From the NCBI RefSeq assembly GCF_009914755.1, contig NC_060929.1: a stretch of 64,000 nt of DNA; one strand, given 5' to 3'. The notes under the pieces were generated by a model, which worked only from the letters and a program-made list of their open reading frames with translations, searched no databases and was not told the DNA's origin. This stretch comes from the human T2T-CHM13v2.0 reference genome, Homo sapiens. The translations under genes and the position numbers were made by a program. Positions 1 to 17,164 of the stretch are shown one piece after another; positions within the stretch are counted from its first letter, which is position 1; each line of letters begins with the position of its first letter.

Positions 1-260
1 GTGACCAGGGCTTAGAATTTTCCCCAGACCACGAGCCTCTGCATTGAGAAAGCAAGCCTACTCACAGTTTTTTGGCATCTCAGGGAGCCTGCAGTGGTCA
101 TCCAGTTCCTTTTAAGTGTCTGTGGATTCTCTTGGCTTTCCTGGTATGCTCCTGCGGTATAGTTCTTGGAGCAAAAGTTGACAATATGAGTCTCCACATG
201 CTGCTCTGTCCATCCAATAGGGAGCTGTAAGCTAGTCCTGCCTCCTGTCTGCCATCTTCA
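1..260 (-). mobile_element. 5' UTR end of an older L1 (L1PBa-type), element continues left of the window
   Basis: Reverse complement reads AAGATGGCAGACAGGAGGCAGGACTAGCTTACAGCTCCC...CTTTTGCTCCAAGAACT, matching the recalled L1PBa 5' end. Confidence 0.7.
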
Positions 261-278
261 CTAGTAGTTTCTCATTAG

Positions 279-627
<349 letters not shown>

Positions 628-1324
628 TGAACCATACACCCTTCACTATTGCTTCCCCTGTATATGTTCCCCGTTCAGGGAGTGTCTACATGACTAAATG
701 CAGAAAATCATGCAGAGTTCCATTTCCACCAATTCCATTAACAGCCTGCTTAGCTTATTTTTTATTCCCATGAAAATCTTTCTAAATTAAGGTAGAAATC
801 AATGAAAAGGTGAAGTATGTGCAGTGCAAAGGTGCAGCATTTCTAGTGTTACTGTTTGAACAAAAGAAAAGACTGTACATAGGCATATGCTCATATAGAT
901 GTGAAATATCTCTGGAAGGACATACACAATGTGGTAATGGTGCCAAGGTAGTTAGGTGATAAGGTACAATCCTAGGTGATAAGGCAAAAACAAAAGTAAA
1001 ATTCTATTTCCTGAAGCCTCAAGAAGCAACTCTGGAAAAACATGTATGTGCTTTTCATTGTATGTCCTTCTAGGTGTTTTCAATTTTAAAATATGTTCAT
1101 ACACTAGGCATTCAAAAAAGTTATAAAGAAATATTGCACAATGCTGAAATAGCCTCAATACATTTGGAATTAATTTTGAATTCAGAAATTCTGGAGTCAA
1201 TTCTTCCTTGACATAGACTTTTTTTTTTTTTTGTCTCTTATCAATATCAAAACTTTCCAAGCCCTATCTCCCAGACCACCAGAGAAACTACCAGCTTCTC
1301 ACTTAAAGTAAATAAGTAAGTAAA

Positions 1325-1744
1325 TGTATCTGTTTCATATTGCCACTGTAACAAATTACCACAAATTTAGTGGCTTAAAACAAGACAAATTTATTATCTT
1401 ACAACTCTTTAGGTCAGAAGTCTGACACAAGTCCCACTTTTCTAAAATCAACATTTCAGCACGGTTGCATTCCTCTCTGGAAGATCTAGGGAAAAAATTT
1501 GTTTTCTCACTTTTTCCATCTTCTAGAAGCTGCCTTAAACCCTAGGCTTATGGCCCTTCAGTTGGTAAGGCCTGCAATGGCTTGTTGAGTCCTTCCTGGA
1601 TTTCATGATTCTGATGCCAATTCTCCTTCTGACATCTGATTCCACTTCTAAGAACCCTTGTGATCATGTTGGGCCCACCTGGATAATCAAGGATATCTGG
1701 AACTCTCCCAATTTCAAAGTCAGTTGATTAGAAATTTTCATTCC
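1325..1744 (-). mobile_element. MLT1 (MLT1C/D-like) MaLR LTR, left part, interrupted by L1
   Basis: TGTAACAAATTACCACAAATTTAGTGGCTTAAAACAA...TTGGGCCCACCTGGATAATC MLT1 motifs; continues after the L1 at 7787. Confidence 0.8.
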
Positions 1745-2651
1745 GGGGGGAGGAGCCAAGATGGCCGAATAGGAACAGCTCCGGTCTACAGCTCCCAGCG
1801 TGAGCGACGCAGAAGACGGGTGATTTCTGCATTTCCATCTGAGGTACCGGGTTTATCTCACTAGGGAGTGCCAGACAGTGGGCGCAGGCCAGTGGGTGCG
1901 CGCACCGTGCGCGAGCCGAAGCAGGGCGAGGCATTGCCTCACTTGAGAAGCGTGAGGGGTCAGGGAGTTCCCTTTCCGAGTCAAAGAAAGGGGTGACGGA
2001 CGCACCTGGAAAATCGGGTCACTCCCACCCAAATATTGCGCTTTTCAGACCGGCTTAAAAAGCGGCGAACCACGAGATTATATCCCACACCTGGCTCGGA
2101 GGGTCCTACGCCCATAGAATCTCGCTGACTGCTAGCACAGCAGTCTGAGATCAAACTGCAAGGCGGCAGCGAGGCTGGGGGAGGGGCGCCCGCCATTGCC
2201 CAGGCTTGCTTAGGTAAACAAAGCAGCCAGGAAGCTCGAACTGGGTGGAGCCCACCACAGCTCAAGGAGGCCTGCCTGACTCTGTAGGCTCCACCTCTGG
2301 GGGCAGGGCACAGACAAACAAAAAGACAGCAGTAACCTTTGCAGACTTAAGTGTCCCTGTCTGACAGCTTTGAAGAGAGCAGTGGTTCTCCCAGCACGCA
2401 GCTGGAGATCTGAGAACCGGCAGACTGCCTCCTCAAGTGGGTCCCTGACCCCTGACCCCCGAGCAGCCTAACTGGGAGGCACCCCCCAGCAGGGGCACAC
2501 TGACACCTCACACGGCAGGGTATTCCAACAGACTTGCAGCTGAGGGTCCTGTCTGTTAGAAGGAAAACTAACAAACAGAAAGGACATCCACACCGAAAAC
2601 CCATCTGTACATCACCATCATCAAAGACCAAAAGTAGATAAAACCACAAAG
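1745..2651 (+). promoter_or_regulatory. L1 5' UTR with internal sense and antisense promoters, CpG-rich
   Basis: YY1 site AAGATGGCC at 1758-1766 is intact; many CpGs retained relative to the flanks. Confidence 0.85.
1981..2196 (-). CDS. ORF0: L1 ORF0, intact 71 aa antisense ORF
   Basis: MAGAPPPASLPPCSLISDCCAS...FSRCVRHPFL; ATG at 2196, stop at 1981, 216 nt. Confidence 0.85.
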   Translation of the reverse strand: MAGAPPPASLPPCSLISDCCASSQRDSMGVGPSEPGVGYNLVVRRFLSRSEKRNIWVGVTRFSRCVRHPFL

Positions 2652-3668
2652 ATGGGGAAAAAACAGAACAGAAAAACTGGAAACTCTAAAACGCAGAGCG
2701 CCTCTCCTCCTCCAAAGGAACACAGTTCCTCACCAGCAACGGAACAAAGCTGGATGGAGAATGACTTTGATGAGCTGAGAGAAGAAGGCTTCAGACCATC
2801 AAATTACTCTGAGCTACGGGAGGACATTCAAACCAAAGGCAAAGAAGTTGAAAACTTTGAAAAAAATTTAGAAGAATGTATAACTAGAATAACCAATACA
2901 GAGAAGTGCTTAAAGGAGCTGATGGAGCTGAAAACCAAGGCTCGAGAACTACGTGAAGAATGCAGAAGCCTCAGGAGCTGATGCGATCAACTGGAAGAAA
3001 GGGTATCAGCAATGTAAGATGAAATGAATGAAATGAAGCGAGAAGGGAAGGTTAGAGAAAAAAGAATAAAAAGAAATGAGCAAAGCCTCTAAGAAATATG
3101 GGACTATGTGAAAAGACCAAATCTACGTCTGATTGGTGTACCTGAAAGTGATGGGGAGAATGGAACCAAGTTGGAAAACACTCTGCAGGATATTATCCAG
3201 GAGAACTTCCCCAATCTAGCAAGGCAGGCCAACGTTCAGATTCAGGAAATACAGAGAATGCCACAAAGATACTCCTCAAGAAGAGCAACTCCAAGACACA
3301 TAATTGTCAGATTCACCAAAGTTGAAATGAAGGAAAAAATGTTAAGGGCAGCCAGAGAGAAAGGTCGGGTTACCCTCAAAGGGAAGCCCATCAGACTAAC
3401 AGTGGATCTCTCGGCAGAAACCCTACAAGCCAGAAGAGAGTGGGAGCCAATATTCAACATTCTTAAAGAAAAGAATTTTCAACCCACAATTTCATATCCA
3501 GCCAAACTAAGCTTCATAAGTGAAGGAGAAATAAAATACTTCACAGACAAGCAAATGCTGAGAGATTTTGTCACCACTAGGCCTGCCCTAAAAGAGCTCC
3601 TGAAGGAAGCGCTAAACATGGAAAGGAACAAACGGTACCAGCCGCTGCAAAATCATGCCAAAATGTAA
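2652..3668 (+). pseudogene. ORF1: L1 ORF1p (RNA-binding chaperone) with three premature stops
   Basis: MGKKQNRKTGNSK...QNHAKM in one frame; stops at 2979 (TGA, codon 110), 3015 (TAA, codon 122) and 3090 (TAA, codon 147). Confidence 0.93.
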
Positions 3669-3704
3669 AACCCATCAAGACTAGGAAGAAACTGCATCAA
3701 CTAA

Positions 3705-7559
<3,855 letters not shown>

Positions 7560-7786
7560 ACAATGAGATCACATGGACACAGGAAGGGGAATATCACACT
7601 CTGGGGACTGTGGTGGGGTGGGAGGAGGGGGGAGGGATAGCATTGGGAGATATACCTAATGCTAGATGACGAGTTAGTGGGTGCAGCGCACCAGCATGGC
7701 ACATGTATACATATGTAACTAACCTGCACAATGTGCACATGTACCCTAAAACTTAAAGTATAATTAAAAAAAAAAGAAAAAAAAAA

Positions 7787-7911
7787 AGACATTTTCATTC
7801 CATCTGCAACCTAATTTCCATTTGCCATGTGACATCTAGCCCCAGGCTCTAGGGATTAGGACATGAACATTTGGAGGTGGGAGTGGCTGAGGCATTATTC
7901 TGTCTACTTCA
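7787..7911 (-). mobile_element. MLT1 LTR, right part
   Basis: CCATCTGCAACC...CTAGGGATTAGGACATGAACAT...ATTATTCTGTCTAC continues the LTR broken at 1744. Confidence 0.75.
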
Positions 7912-7940
7912 GTAAAAGAACTATTAGATGGATAGATCAC

Positions 7941-7976
7941 ACATACATACATACATACATACATACATACATACAT
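7941..7976. repeat. (TACA)n microsatellite
   Basis: About 9 perfect ACAT units. Confidence 0.95.
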
Positions 7977-8159
7977 TGAGTTTCTGTAGAGCTGCAGCCT
8001 CTCTCATGAAATCATTTTTTATTTTATAAAGCATAATATTCCTAATCCTCATATGAAATTGATGCTTTTGGATTACTATGGCATTGTCAGGTGCTATTCC
8101 AAGACATATGAAGACATACTTTAGACAGTCTATTAATATATATTCTATAGCCTGACTCA

Positions 8160-8332
8160 CAGGTTCCAAATGCCAGCTCCACCACTTACACTGTGTGACT
8201 TACGCCTTAGTTTCCTCATTCGCAAAATGAAGACAGCATTAGTATCTGTGTCACAGGGTTGTTGTGAGGCTTAAATGAGTTACTAAGCACTTAGAACAGC
8301 ACCAAGACATAACGAGTACTCGATACATGCTG
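8160..8332 (+). mobile_element. MIR SINE
   Basis: CAGCTCCACCACTTAC...AGTTTCCTCAT...AGGGTTGTTGTGAGG...AAGCACTTAGAACAG core. Confidence 0.8.
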
Positions 8333-9390
8333 CTTAGTTTGACTTCATTCATATCTGCCTGAGCAAGAGCTCACAGAAGAATCTCTCCCAGGGCAGGAAT
8401 GATCAGCCCCAAACTAAAATCCAGTTTTTGTTCTCAGATACACAAGCAGAAAATAGTAACAGATCATTTTTTTAATCCACCTTGGTATATCTGGGTTTTT
8501 TTCTTTCCATTTTACCAGACTGAAATTACATATCAGGATGTCTGGTTCAATACTGGGAACCTGGAAACCCTACTGGCTTTCTGCTATGAATTACATGGAT
8601 TGGGCAAGATAACCTTTGCCCTCAAGAAAGTTGCCACATAATGAGCAGATAGGACGAACAAAGATGGAACATAAGTAAACAAATTTAGCAAAAAGATTTA
8701 TTTCCAGAGCCTCAGATAGCTTTGATCTAAAATGCAAAGGGAGCAACTCCCCATTTTGGCCTGTTTGCCCCCAGGGGACTGAATCTTGAAGTTGTATGGA
8801 ACGATTCTCATTGCTAACATCAAAAAAGCTGGACACAAAAGCTTCATTCAAGGCACCTCCTCTACAACTGTAATCATACAGTTGAAGTAAACTATACTTC
8901 ATTAATCTTTGGGTAAATCTTTCCTCTAGCATCCAGGATTGTTTCTAAGAAAAGGCTAAAAATATGACGAATTTCTCTCTCTAGATTCATTATGCTAAAG
9001 GATTATCCAATGCACAAAGCTCAAAGACTATCTCACAGGAGCACACATAGTTCCACAACTAAGCATTACTTAAAACATGAAAATTCCATAAAAAATCCTT
9101 CTGATTTTTACTATTTTAAATTGGTAAAGGGCTACTTCTTTCCCATGAAATTACTGCCAAACTGAAATTAGTAAATCTATCTCTATTTACTCTGCTTTCA
9201 AGTATTTTGGCAGCCATTCTGACATACAATTCAAAGCACTTAGAAAACTGACAATACCTGAATGTCAACACCGTGGAAGAGGAGTGCAAACTTGATGTTC
9301 TGTACTTTATTGTGATTATCAAGTAAAATTAAATTTTATGTTATCAAATACAGCAATTTCTCTTAATGTAGTAAGCTGTATAATTAATGA

Positions 9391-9719
<329 letters not shown>

Positions 9720-10389
9720 TCAAGTATACTCTTACAACACAATTAAATTCAATCTTCAGTAATCCCAAAATTTCATTACCCCTGTGAAAATGTCCTGGAT
9801 TAGCAGTCTCCTACTTTAAGTGTTTTATGAAAGAATACAGTTTATTTTAGTATAAATAATATAGCCAGACTCTATGAAACAAAAGGTTGAATAATATTTA
9901 CCTATAGCTCCCATTTAGAAGTACCAAAGTTATGAAGCACATTCATTGGCTACTGTCATATTTATTAGGATTTATGTTTTATCAGATTATAAGCACTCTT
10001 TAGTGAAAAATGTTTTTTTCCTCTTTGCTCAGAAAATTGTCCAACACTCCTGGTCCAGTCAAGAGTGAAGCAAAAAACTCCTCAATTTGAATGGCTTTCA
10101 TTTGGGTCAATTTATTTGGTTACAGAGAAGTTTTGATAAAATACAAAAAAAAAAAACCTAAATATTTTTATTGTTTAAAAATATTAATCACTACCCACTA
10201 AGTGCCAGGCACTGTTCTAGGTACTAGAGATACATAGCTAAAGGCCACAGCCAAAAAAATGAGTCATTGGGATTACAAATATGGAGCAATGGCTAAAAGT
10301 TAGTGCTTGAGAGTAGCTGAAATGGCTGTTGGAGAAGAGAGGAAAAGAAGTGCCATATTCCAGCAGTAGGGTTCAACCAACTAACTTTT

Positions 10390-11599
10390 TTTCTTTTTTT
10401 TTTTTTTATCCAACATTTATTTTAAGTTCAGGTTTGTTAACATAGGTAAACATAGGCCATGGTAGTTTGCTGCACAGATCAATCCACCACCTAGGTATTA
10501 AGCCCAGCATCCCTTAGCTATTCTTCCTGATGGTCTCCCCCCACCCCGCCCCCACCCCTGACGGGCCCCAGTGTGTGTTGCTCCCCTACATGTGCCTATG
10601 TGCTCTCATTGTTCAGCTCCTACTTATAAGGGAGAACATGACGTGTTTGGTTTTCTGCTTCTGCGTTAGTTTGCTGAGGATAACAGCTCCCAGCTCTATC
10701 CATTTCCTGGCAAAGGACATAATATTATTCCTTTTTATGGCTGCATTGTATTCCATGGTGTATATGTACCACATTTTCTTTACCCAGTCTGCTATTCATG
10801 GGCATTTGGGTTGATTCCATGTCTTTGCTATTGTGAATAGTGCTGCAATGAACATATATGTGCATGTTTCTTTATAACAGAATGATTTATGTTCCTTTGG
10901 GTATATACCAAGTAATGGAATTGCTGGGTCAAATGGTTTTCTGCCTTTAGATCTTTGAGGAATTGCCACACTGTCTTCCACAATGCTTGAACAAATTTAC
11001 ACTCCCACCAGCAGTGTAAAAGAGTTACTCTTTCTCTGCAACCTCACCAGCATCTGCTGTTTCTGGACTTTTTTTTTTTTCTGACTGGCATGAGATGATA
11101 CCTCATTGTGGTTTTGATTTGCTTTTCTCTAATAATCAGTGATGTTGAGGTTTTTTCATGTGTTTGTTGGCCACATGAATGTCTCCTTTTGAGAACTGTC
11201 TGTTCATATCATTTGCCCACTTTTTAATGGAGTTGCTTGTTTTTTTCTTGTAAATTTGTTTAAGTTCCTTATAGACTCTGGATATTAGACCTTTGTCAAT
11301 GGGATAGATTGCAAAAATTTTTTCCCATTCTGTAAGTTGTCTAGTCATTCTGATGATAGTTTCTTTTGCTCTACAGAACTTTAGTTTAATTAGATCCCAT
11401 TTATCAATTTTGCTTTTATTGCAATTGCTTTTGGTGTTTTTCATCATGAAATATTTACCCGTGCTTATGTCCTGAATGGTACTTCCTAGATTTTCTTCTA
11501 GGGTTTTTATAGTCTTGGGTCTTACATTTAAGTTTTTAATCCATCTTGAGTTAATTTTTGTATAAGGAAGTGATCCAGTTTCAATTTTCTGCATCTGAG
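10390..11599 (-). mobile_element. 5'-truncated L1 (about L1PA10-12)
   Basis: Poly-T, L1 3' UTR and ORF2 C-terminal remnants; TSD CCAACTAACTTTT at 10377-10389 and 11600-11612. Confidence 0.9.
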
Positions 11600-11804
11600 C
11601 CAACTAACTTTTAAAAGACAGAGTGATGGCTTGAAGATGTGATAAAAATTATTAAAACTCAATAAAAATTTTGAAAGTAAAACAAAGATCCAAATCACAT
11701 AAGAGAGGCCCAAGAATAAAACTAAGGGAGAGAAAGTATTGACAAACCCAAACACACGCACACTCACCCACCCCCCCACCCACACACACGAAATGATTGT
11801 GCAC

Positions 11805-12352
11805 TGTGATGGTTACTGTTGAGCATCAATTTGATTGAATTGAAAGGATGCAAAGTATTGTTCCTGGGTGTGCCTGTGAAAGTGTGGCCAAAGGAGATTA
11901 ACTTTTGTGTCAGTGGACTGGGAGAGGCAGACCCACCCTCAATCTGGGTGGGTACCATCTAATCAGCTGCCAGTTCTGCTAGAATAAAGGAGGCAGAAGA
12001 AGTTGGAAAGAGCAGACTTGCTGAGTCTTCCGGCCCTCATCTTTCTCCCATGCTGAATGCTTCCTGTCCTTGGATATCAGCCTCCAGGTTCTTCAGCTTT
12101 TGGACTCTTGGACTTACACCAGTGATTTGACAGGGGCTCTCAGACCTTGGGCCACAGACTGAAAGCTGCACTGTCAGCTTCCCTTCTTTTGAGGTTCTGG
12201 GACTCGGACTGGTTTCCCCACTCCTCACCTTGCAGACGGCCTATTGTGGGACTTTACCTTATGATCAGGTGAGTCAATTCTCCTAATAAACTCCCTTTCA
12301 TGTATACATATATCCTATTGTTCTGTCCCTTTAGAGAACCCTGACTAATACG
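11805..12352 (+). mobile_element. MLT2A (MLT2A2-like) HERV-L solo LTR
   Basis: TGTGATGGTTA...GGAGAGGCAGACCCACCCTCAATCTGGGTGGG...GAACCCTGACTAATAC; 5-bp TSD TGCAC/GGCAC. Confidence 0.9.
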
Positions 12353-13536
12353 GGCACAAAGAAACACAGACAAGAAACTTCTAGTAATGAATGGGGAACT
12401 TCTGAGAAGTAAATCTGATGACACTGAGTGTGTCAGTCTTATCTGACTATGTTTATAGAAAGGAAAAGAATCACAAACTTGGGATTGTTTCCTCTCATAT
12501 TCCAATCAATAGTAACTTCCTTTTCACAATGAGACTTTAAACAATTAGGGAAACATTTCAGTTTCCAGCTAATGGATTTAAGAGTGATTGCTATTTCAGG
12601 AAAAGCACTTCATCCAATTGTAGGCATGCCAAAGGTGGAAGAAAGGGGAACTGAAGAAGCGTAAACTGTACTAAAGGCCTCCACAGCTGGCTTTGAATCC
12701 ACTGAGAAACTAATATTCTTTCCCTAATAATCTCTTAAAGACTTTAGGTTGCTTTCATTCAGGATGAAAATGTGCTGGCCTAAGAACAACTGTTGACTCA
12801 ACACTTGAGCATCAAGGAGCTAGATGTTCTATTTACTGTGCCAATGCCAGGCATTCCTGCGTAATGTGCAAGCAGTGCTTGAGAAAATATACATAGAGTG
12901 GGGGTTCAAATACCGAGATACCAGTGTTCTAGTTAATAGCATGTTCAAACCTACCACATTTTTTCCTCCTGGTAATTATTCCAGCGCCTCTGGATATTCT
13001 CTTGCTGTTCACCAGAGAGCAAAGTAGGGCAGAGAAAGGACAAACACCCTAGGTCATCAACACTTTGGCCACAGATATCTTGAACACTGTAGGTAATCTG
13101 TTATTTTAGAGCCTACTTTTCCAGAATTCACCCTCATATGTGACCTGCACCAGTGCTATGTTGTTTTAAATGTATTGAAATATGTTCTTGCTTTATGGAG
13201 GCATCAACAACATCAACTCACTTGCAAATACCAATGTGTCAAAATTTGATACAGATACTGATATTAATATGATATAGAAGGATGATAATTAAGCTTGGAT
13301 AATTTTATAAAGATAATTGGCATCAAACTAATAAGGCACATTTATGCATTATATATTTGCTAAATTAATGTCTTATTTAGTTATTTATAATATTTAAGTG
13401 TCTTCTCTGTTGATTTCGTGTTATTAGCTTATGTCATTTTCTGTGTGACTAAATTGTCCTATTAATTATAGTGTAAGAGCTCTGTAGTGTGAAATTTAAA
13501 AAGCAAATTATAATATATAATTCTTGTTATGATATT

Positions 13537-14281
<745 letters not shown>

Positions 14282-14413
14282 GGTATGTGTGGCCCCTTCC
14301 AAATCCAAGCATGTAATAGCGATCCTAGTATACAACTAAATGGTGGTAACTAAATACCTCTCCCCATTTTGTATTCCTCTCTTAGTCTCTTCCTGTCTTT
14401 CTCTGTTTCTGTA

Positions 14414-14449
14414 ACACACACATACACACAAACACACACACACACACAC
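14414..14449. repeat. (CA)n microsatellite, interrupted
   Basis: AC run with one AT and one AA interruption. Confidence 0.9.
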
Positions 14450-15494
14450 CCCAGGACTAATGAGCCATGAGGCCAGAAAGCCAGATAATGCCAAAAGACG
14501 TGAGTTCCAAAGCAATCCTAAGACTATTGCCTCCCTGCAGTTAAAGTGCCTTGTCCACAAATGTATGTGCGGCTATAAGCTTTCATTTTCATACTTTCAG
14601 TCTTGCAAACTACAATTGAAGTTGATGAAAAAATATGATTACAGGCTTTGGCACTTGAGTGCCCCCATGGATTTATCTGCATACTAACAGGTCCTTTCCT
14701 GCATAGAGAGGCACCACCTTTAATGTCAATAGAAAGAAACAAATGCCACTATTCATTGTCCTCAGCTAGGATTTGACAAAGATGAGTGGGAAAGCAAGAG
14801 GACAAAGACAGGAAAACAACTTTATTCTCTGTTGAGAAATGCAAAACTGTGAAGGAGCAGGTCTAAAGGTTCCACAGAGAACCCCAAATATCATTTTCTT
14901 CTATTAATTGCCTATCAGCCCTATCCAGCTCTCACTTTTACCAAACGCTGGCTAAACAGTTTCTGCAATCTACTTCACATCCCACAAAGATTGTGTTGGG
15001 AAAAGTATAAGACCTCTGGAATAAAAAGGTCAGAACGCTGCTCCAATCCCAAGATCAAAGAGCTCAGGGACAATACATACACCCCCTCACCTCTGTCAAA
15101 TCATCTTTTGGACACAGTGTCTCTTTCAAAATAGGGGGCAAGAGGTCATACTTCTGTGTTAAGCATTGGTCCCTATTAAGTACACATATATTGCAAATTC
15201 ATTCAAAACTGCTTTAGAGCATACATATGGCAATCTGGCAGATCAAGGAAGCTTTCCAGACTTGTAGTCCATATGTAATAAGAGGACATAAAACAAAATG
15301 TAAAATTGAAGTTCAAATAAACTTTGTAGTGGAAGTAGTACTTTCTGTTCACAGCTACCATTCTCATCATCAGTTATATCATCAAAAGTCCCTGACTGCA
15401 TGACACCAAGCTGGATGCTTCATGTGACTCAGGACTGATATCAGCAATGCCAGGTGGTAGAAATAACAGGTAGTTCACCGAGCTGACCAGCGGC

Positions 15495-15660
15495 ACACCT
15501 TTAGGAAAATTGCTTGAACTTTATAAGCCTCAGTTTTCTTATCTATAAAATTATAGGGAAAAGTCCATGCTACAAGGTTGGAATAAGACCAAGTCAAATA
15601 AAATGAAGATACCCATTTATTATCATATGTATAAATCAGGTTAAGCACTTCTTAGAAACA
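15495..15660 (+). mobile_element. MIR fragment
   Basis: AAGCCTCAGTTTTCTTATCTATAAAAT core. Confidence 0.6.
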
Positions 15661-15834
15661 TCTTAAATATTTGAGTCATTCAGTATAATAACTATTAACT
15701 ATATGGGTGCTGAAAAGCCAAGAGGAGAGCCTTCATATGACACATTTTTGTGCCAATATATGTTTTTGCTAGTGTAGTACTTTTTATCCAGATTGTCTTT
15801 ATACCCCCATTAGATTTGTTCATTATAAATTTGG

Positions 15835-16129
15835 GGCCAGGCACAGTGGCTCACACCTGCAATCCCAGCACTTTGGGAGTTCAAGGCGGGTGGATCACGA
15901 GGTCAGGGATCCAAGACCAGCCTGGCCAAGATGGTGAAACCTGTCTCTACTAAAAATACAAAAATTAGCCAGGCATGGTGGTGCGCGCCTGTAATCCCAG
16001 CTACTCAGGAGGCTGAGGCAGAGAATTGCTTGAACCCGGGAGGCAGAGGTTGCAGTGAGCCGAGATAGCACCACTGTACTCTAGCCTGGGAGACAGAGCA
16101 AGACTGCAAATCAAAAAAAAAAAAAAAAA
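15835..16129 (+). mobile_element. AluS (Sg-like)
   Basis: Full dimer with GGATCACGAGGTC and CCAAGATGGTG; poly-A tail. Confidence 0.92.
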
Positions 16130-16995
16130 TTGGGACATTTTACATATTTATTTGGAAAAACTGAAGAATGAAAATGACATAAAATCCCATTGACAGTCTG
16201 TCAGCCAAGTGTAATTAGAAATTTTTCATACTAAGCTGCATATTCAAAATAAATCTCTAAAATTTAGTCAAATGCTTGGTTGAAACAGGAATTTAAATAC
16301 TAAACTATTTGCCCTTTCATTTTCTTATCCTTTTCATGCTACATGAACTGGGGAGATAATCCATTGTGAAAAACTGAATAAATACCTCTTCCCCCTTTCT
16401 ATGTCTCTCTTTCTACCTTTCTGTCTTTATGTCAGTTTCTGTCTTTGTAACAAACAAACCTATCTGGACTAATGAGCCATGAGGCCAGAAAACCAGGTCA
16501 TGCTAAAAGATGTGAGTAACAAAGCAATCCTGAAACTCTTGTCTCTTTGCACTTAAAGTCCCTTGTACACACGTATGTGTAGGCTATGTGCTCTCATTTT
16601 CATACTGCTTTCCTCCTTAAGTTCTACACTGGGTGTTTATGTGTATCTATAAGAGACAGGCAGGTGGGGAGGGAAGATAGTTTCCAACATAATAATGCTA
16701 GTTCCATATAGCCATAGGTTACACCTCTCAGTGCCACCATTACTAAACACTACATCTGGTTTACTTCCCTAGTTTGTGATTTACTTACCTTCTTCCTTCT
16801 ACCCTTCTTTTCTCCAAACTGACAGATTTTCACTAAGAAGTTTTCCATTACCTGCAAATGTGAAGCTGATTCTTAGCAGTTATTTTCAGAATCAAATTTT
16901 TAGTTTCTTCCATTTTTAATGATAAATAGTACAGTTTCTGATTTTTTTCAGTTATCTGATTTTTTTCATGATAAAGGCATGAGTTCTCTAATAAA

Positions 16996-17164
16996 GTATC
17001 CTATACCCACTGTGTGTATAGTATCCTATAGTATGCACATATAGGATACTATAGTATAGTATCCTATATATGCACATATAGGATACTATAGTATAGTATC
17101 CTATAGTATGCACATATAGGATACTATAGTATAGTATCCTATACACACAGTGGGTATAGGATAC
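16996..17164. repeat. Palindromic minisatellite bounded by 26-bp inverted repeats
   Basis: 16996-17021 is the exact reverse complement of 17139-17164; three internal 37-38 bp units. Confidence 0.92.

Larger units (their letters stand above)
14351..16606 (+). repeat. Diverged direct duplication: 14351-14595 and 16379-16606
   Basis: Colinear similarity from TAAATACCTCT to TCATTTTCATACT with a 26-bp identical core GGACTAATGAGCCATGAGGCCAGAAA. Confidence 0.9.

Noticed and set aside
7603-7637. G-quadruplex-like G-rich tract
   Set aside because: Normal L1 3' UTR polypurine tract
8591-8944. 113-aa minus ORF with a good upstream acceptor (TTTTCTTAG)
   Set aside because: No convincing donor, no recognisable protein similarity, and the end runs into probable MIR-like sequence
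9257-9300. Possible 42-nt minus exon (NIKFALLFHGVDIQ)
   Set aside because: Acceptor lacks a pyrimidine tract and the donor GTATTG is weak
9720-10156. Processed pseudogene or mRNA 3' end (GATAAA followed by an A run)
   Set aside because: No TSD or upstream coding homology found; such A runs are common
16996-17164. CRISPR-like array of 37-bp palindromic repeats
   Set aside because: Units are directly tandem with no unique spacers and no cas genes
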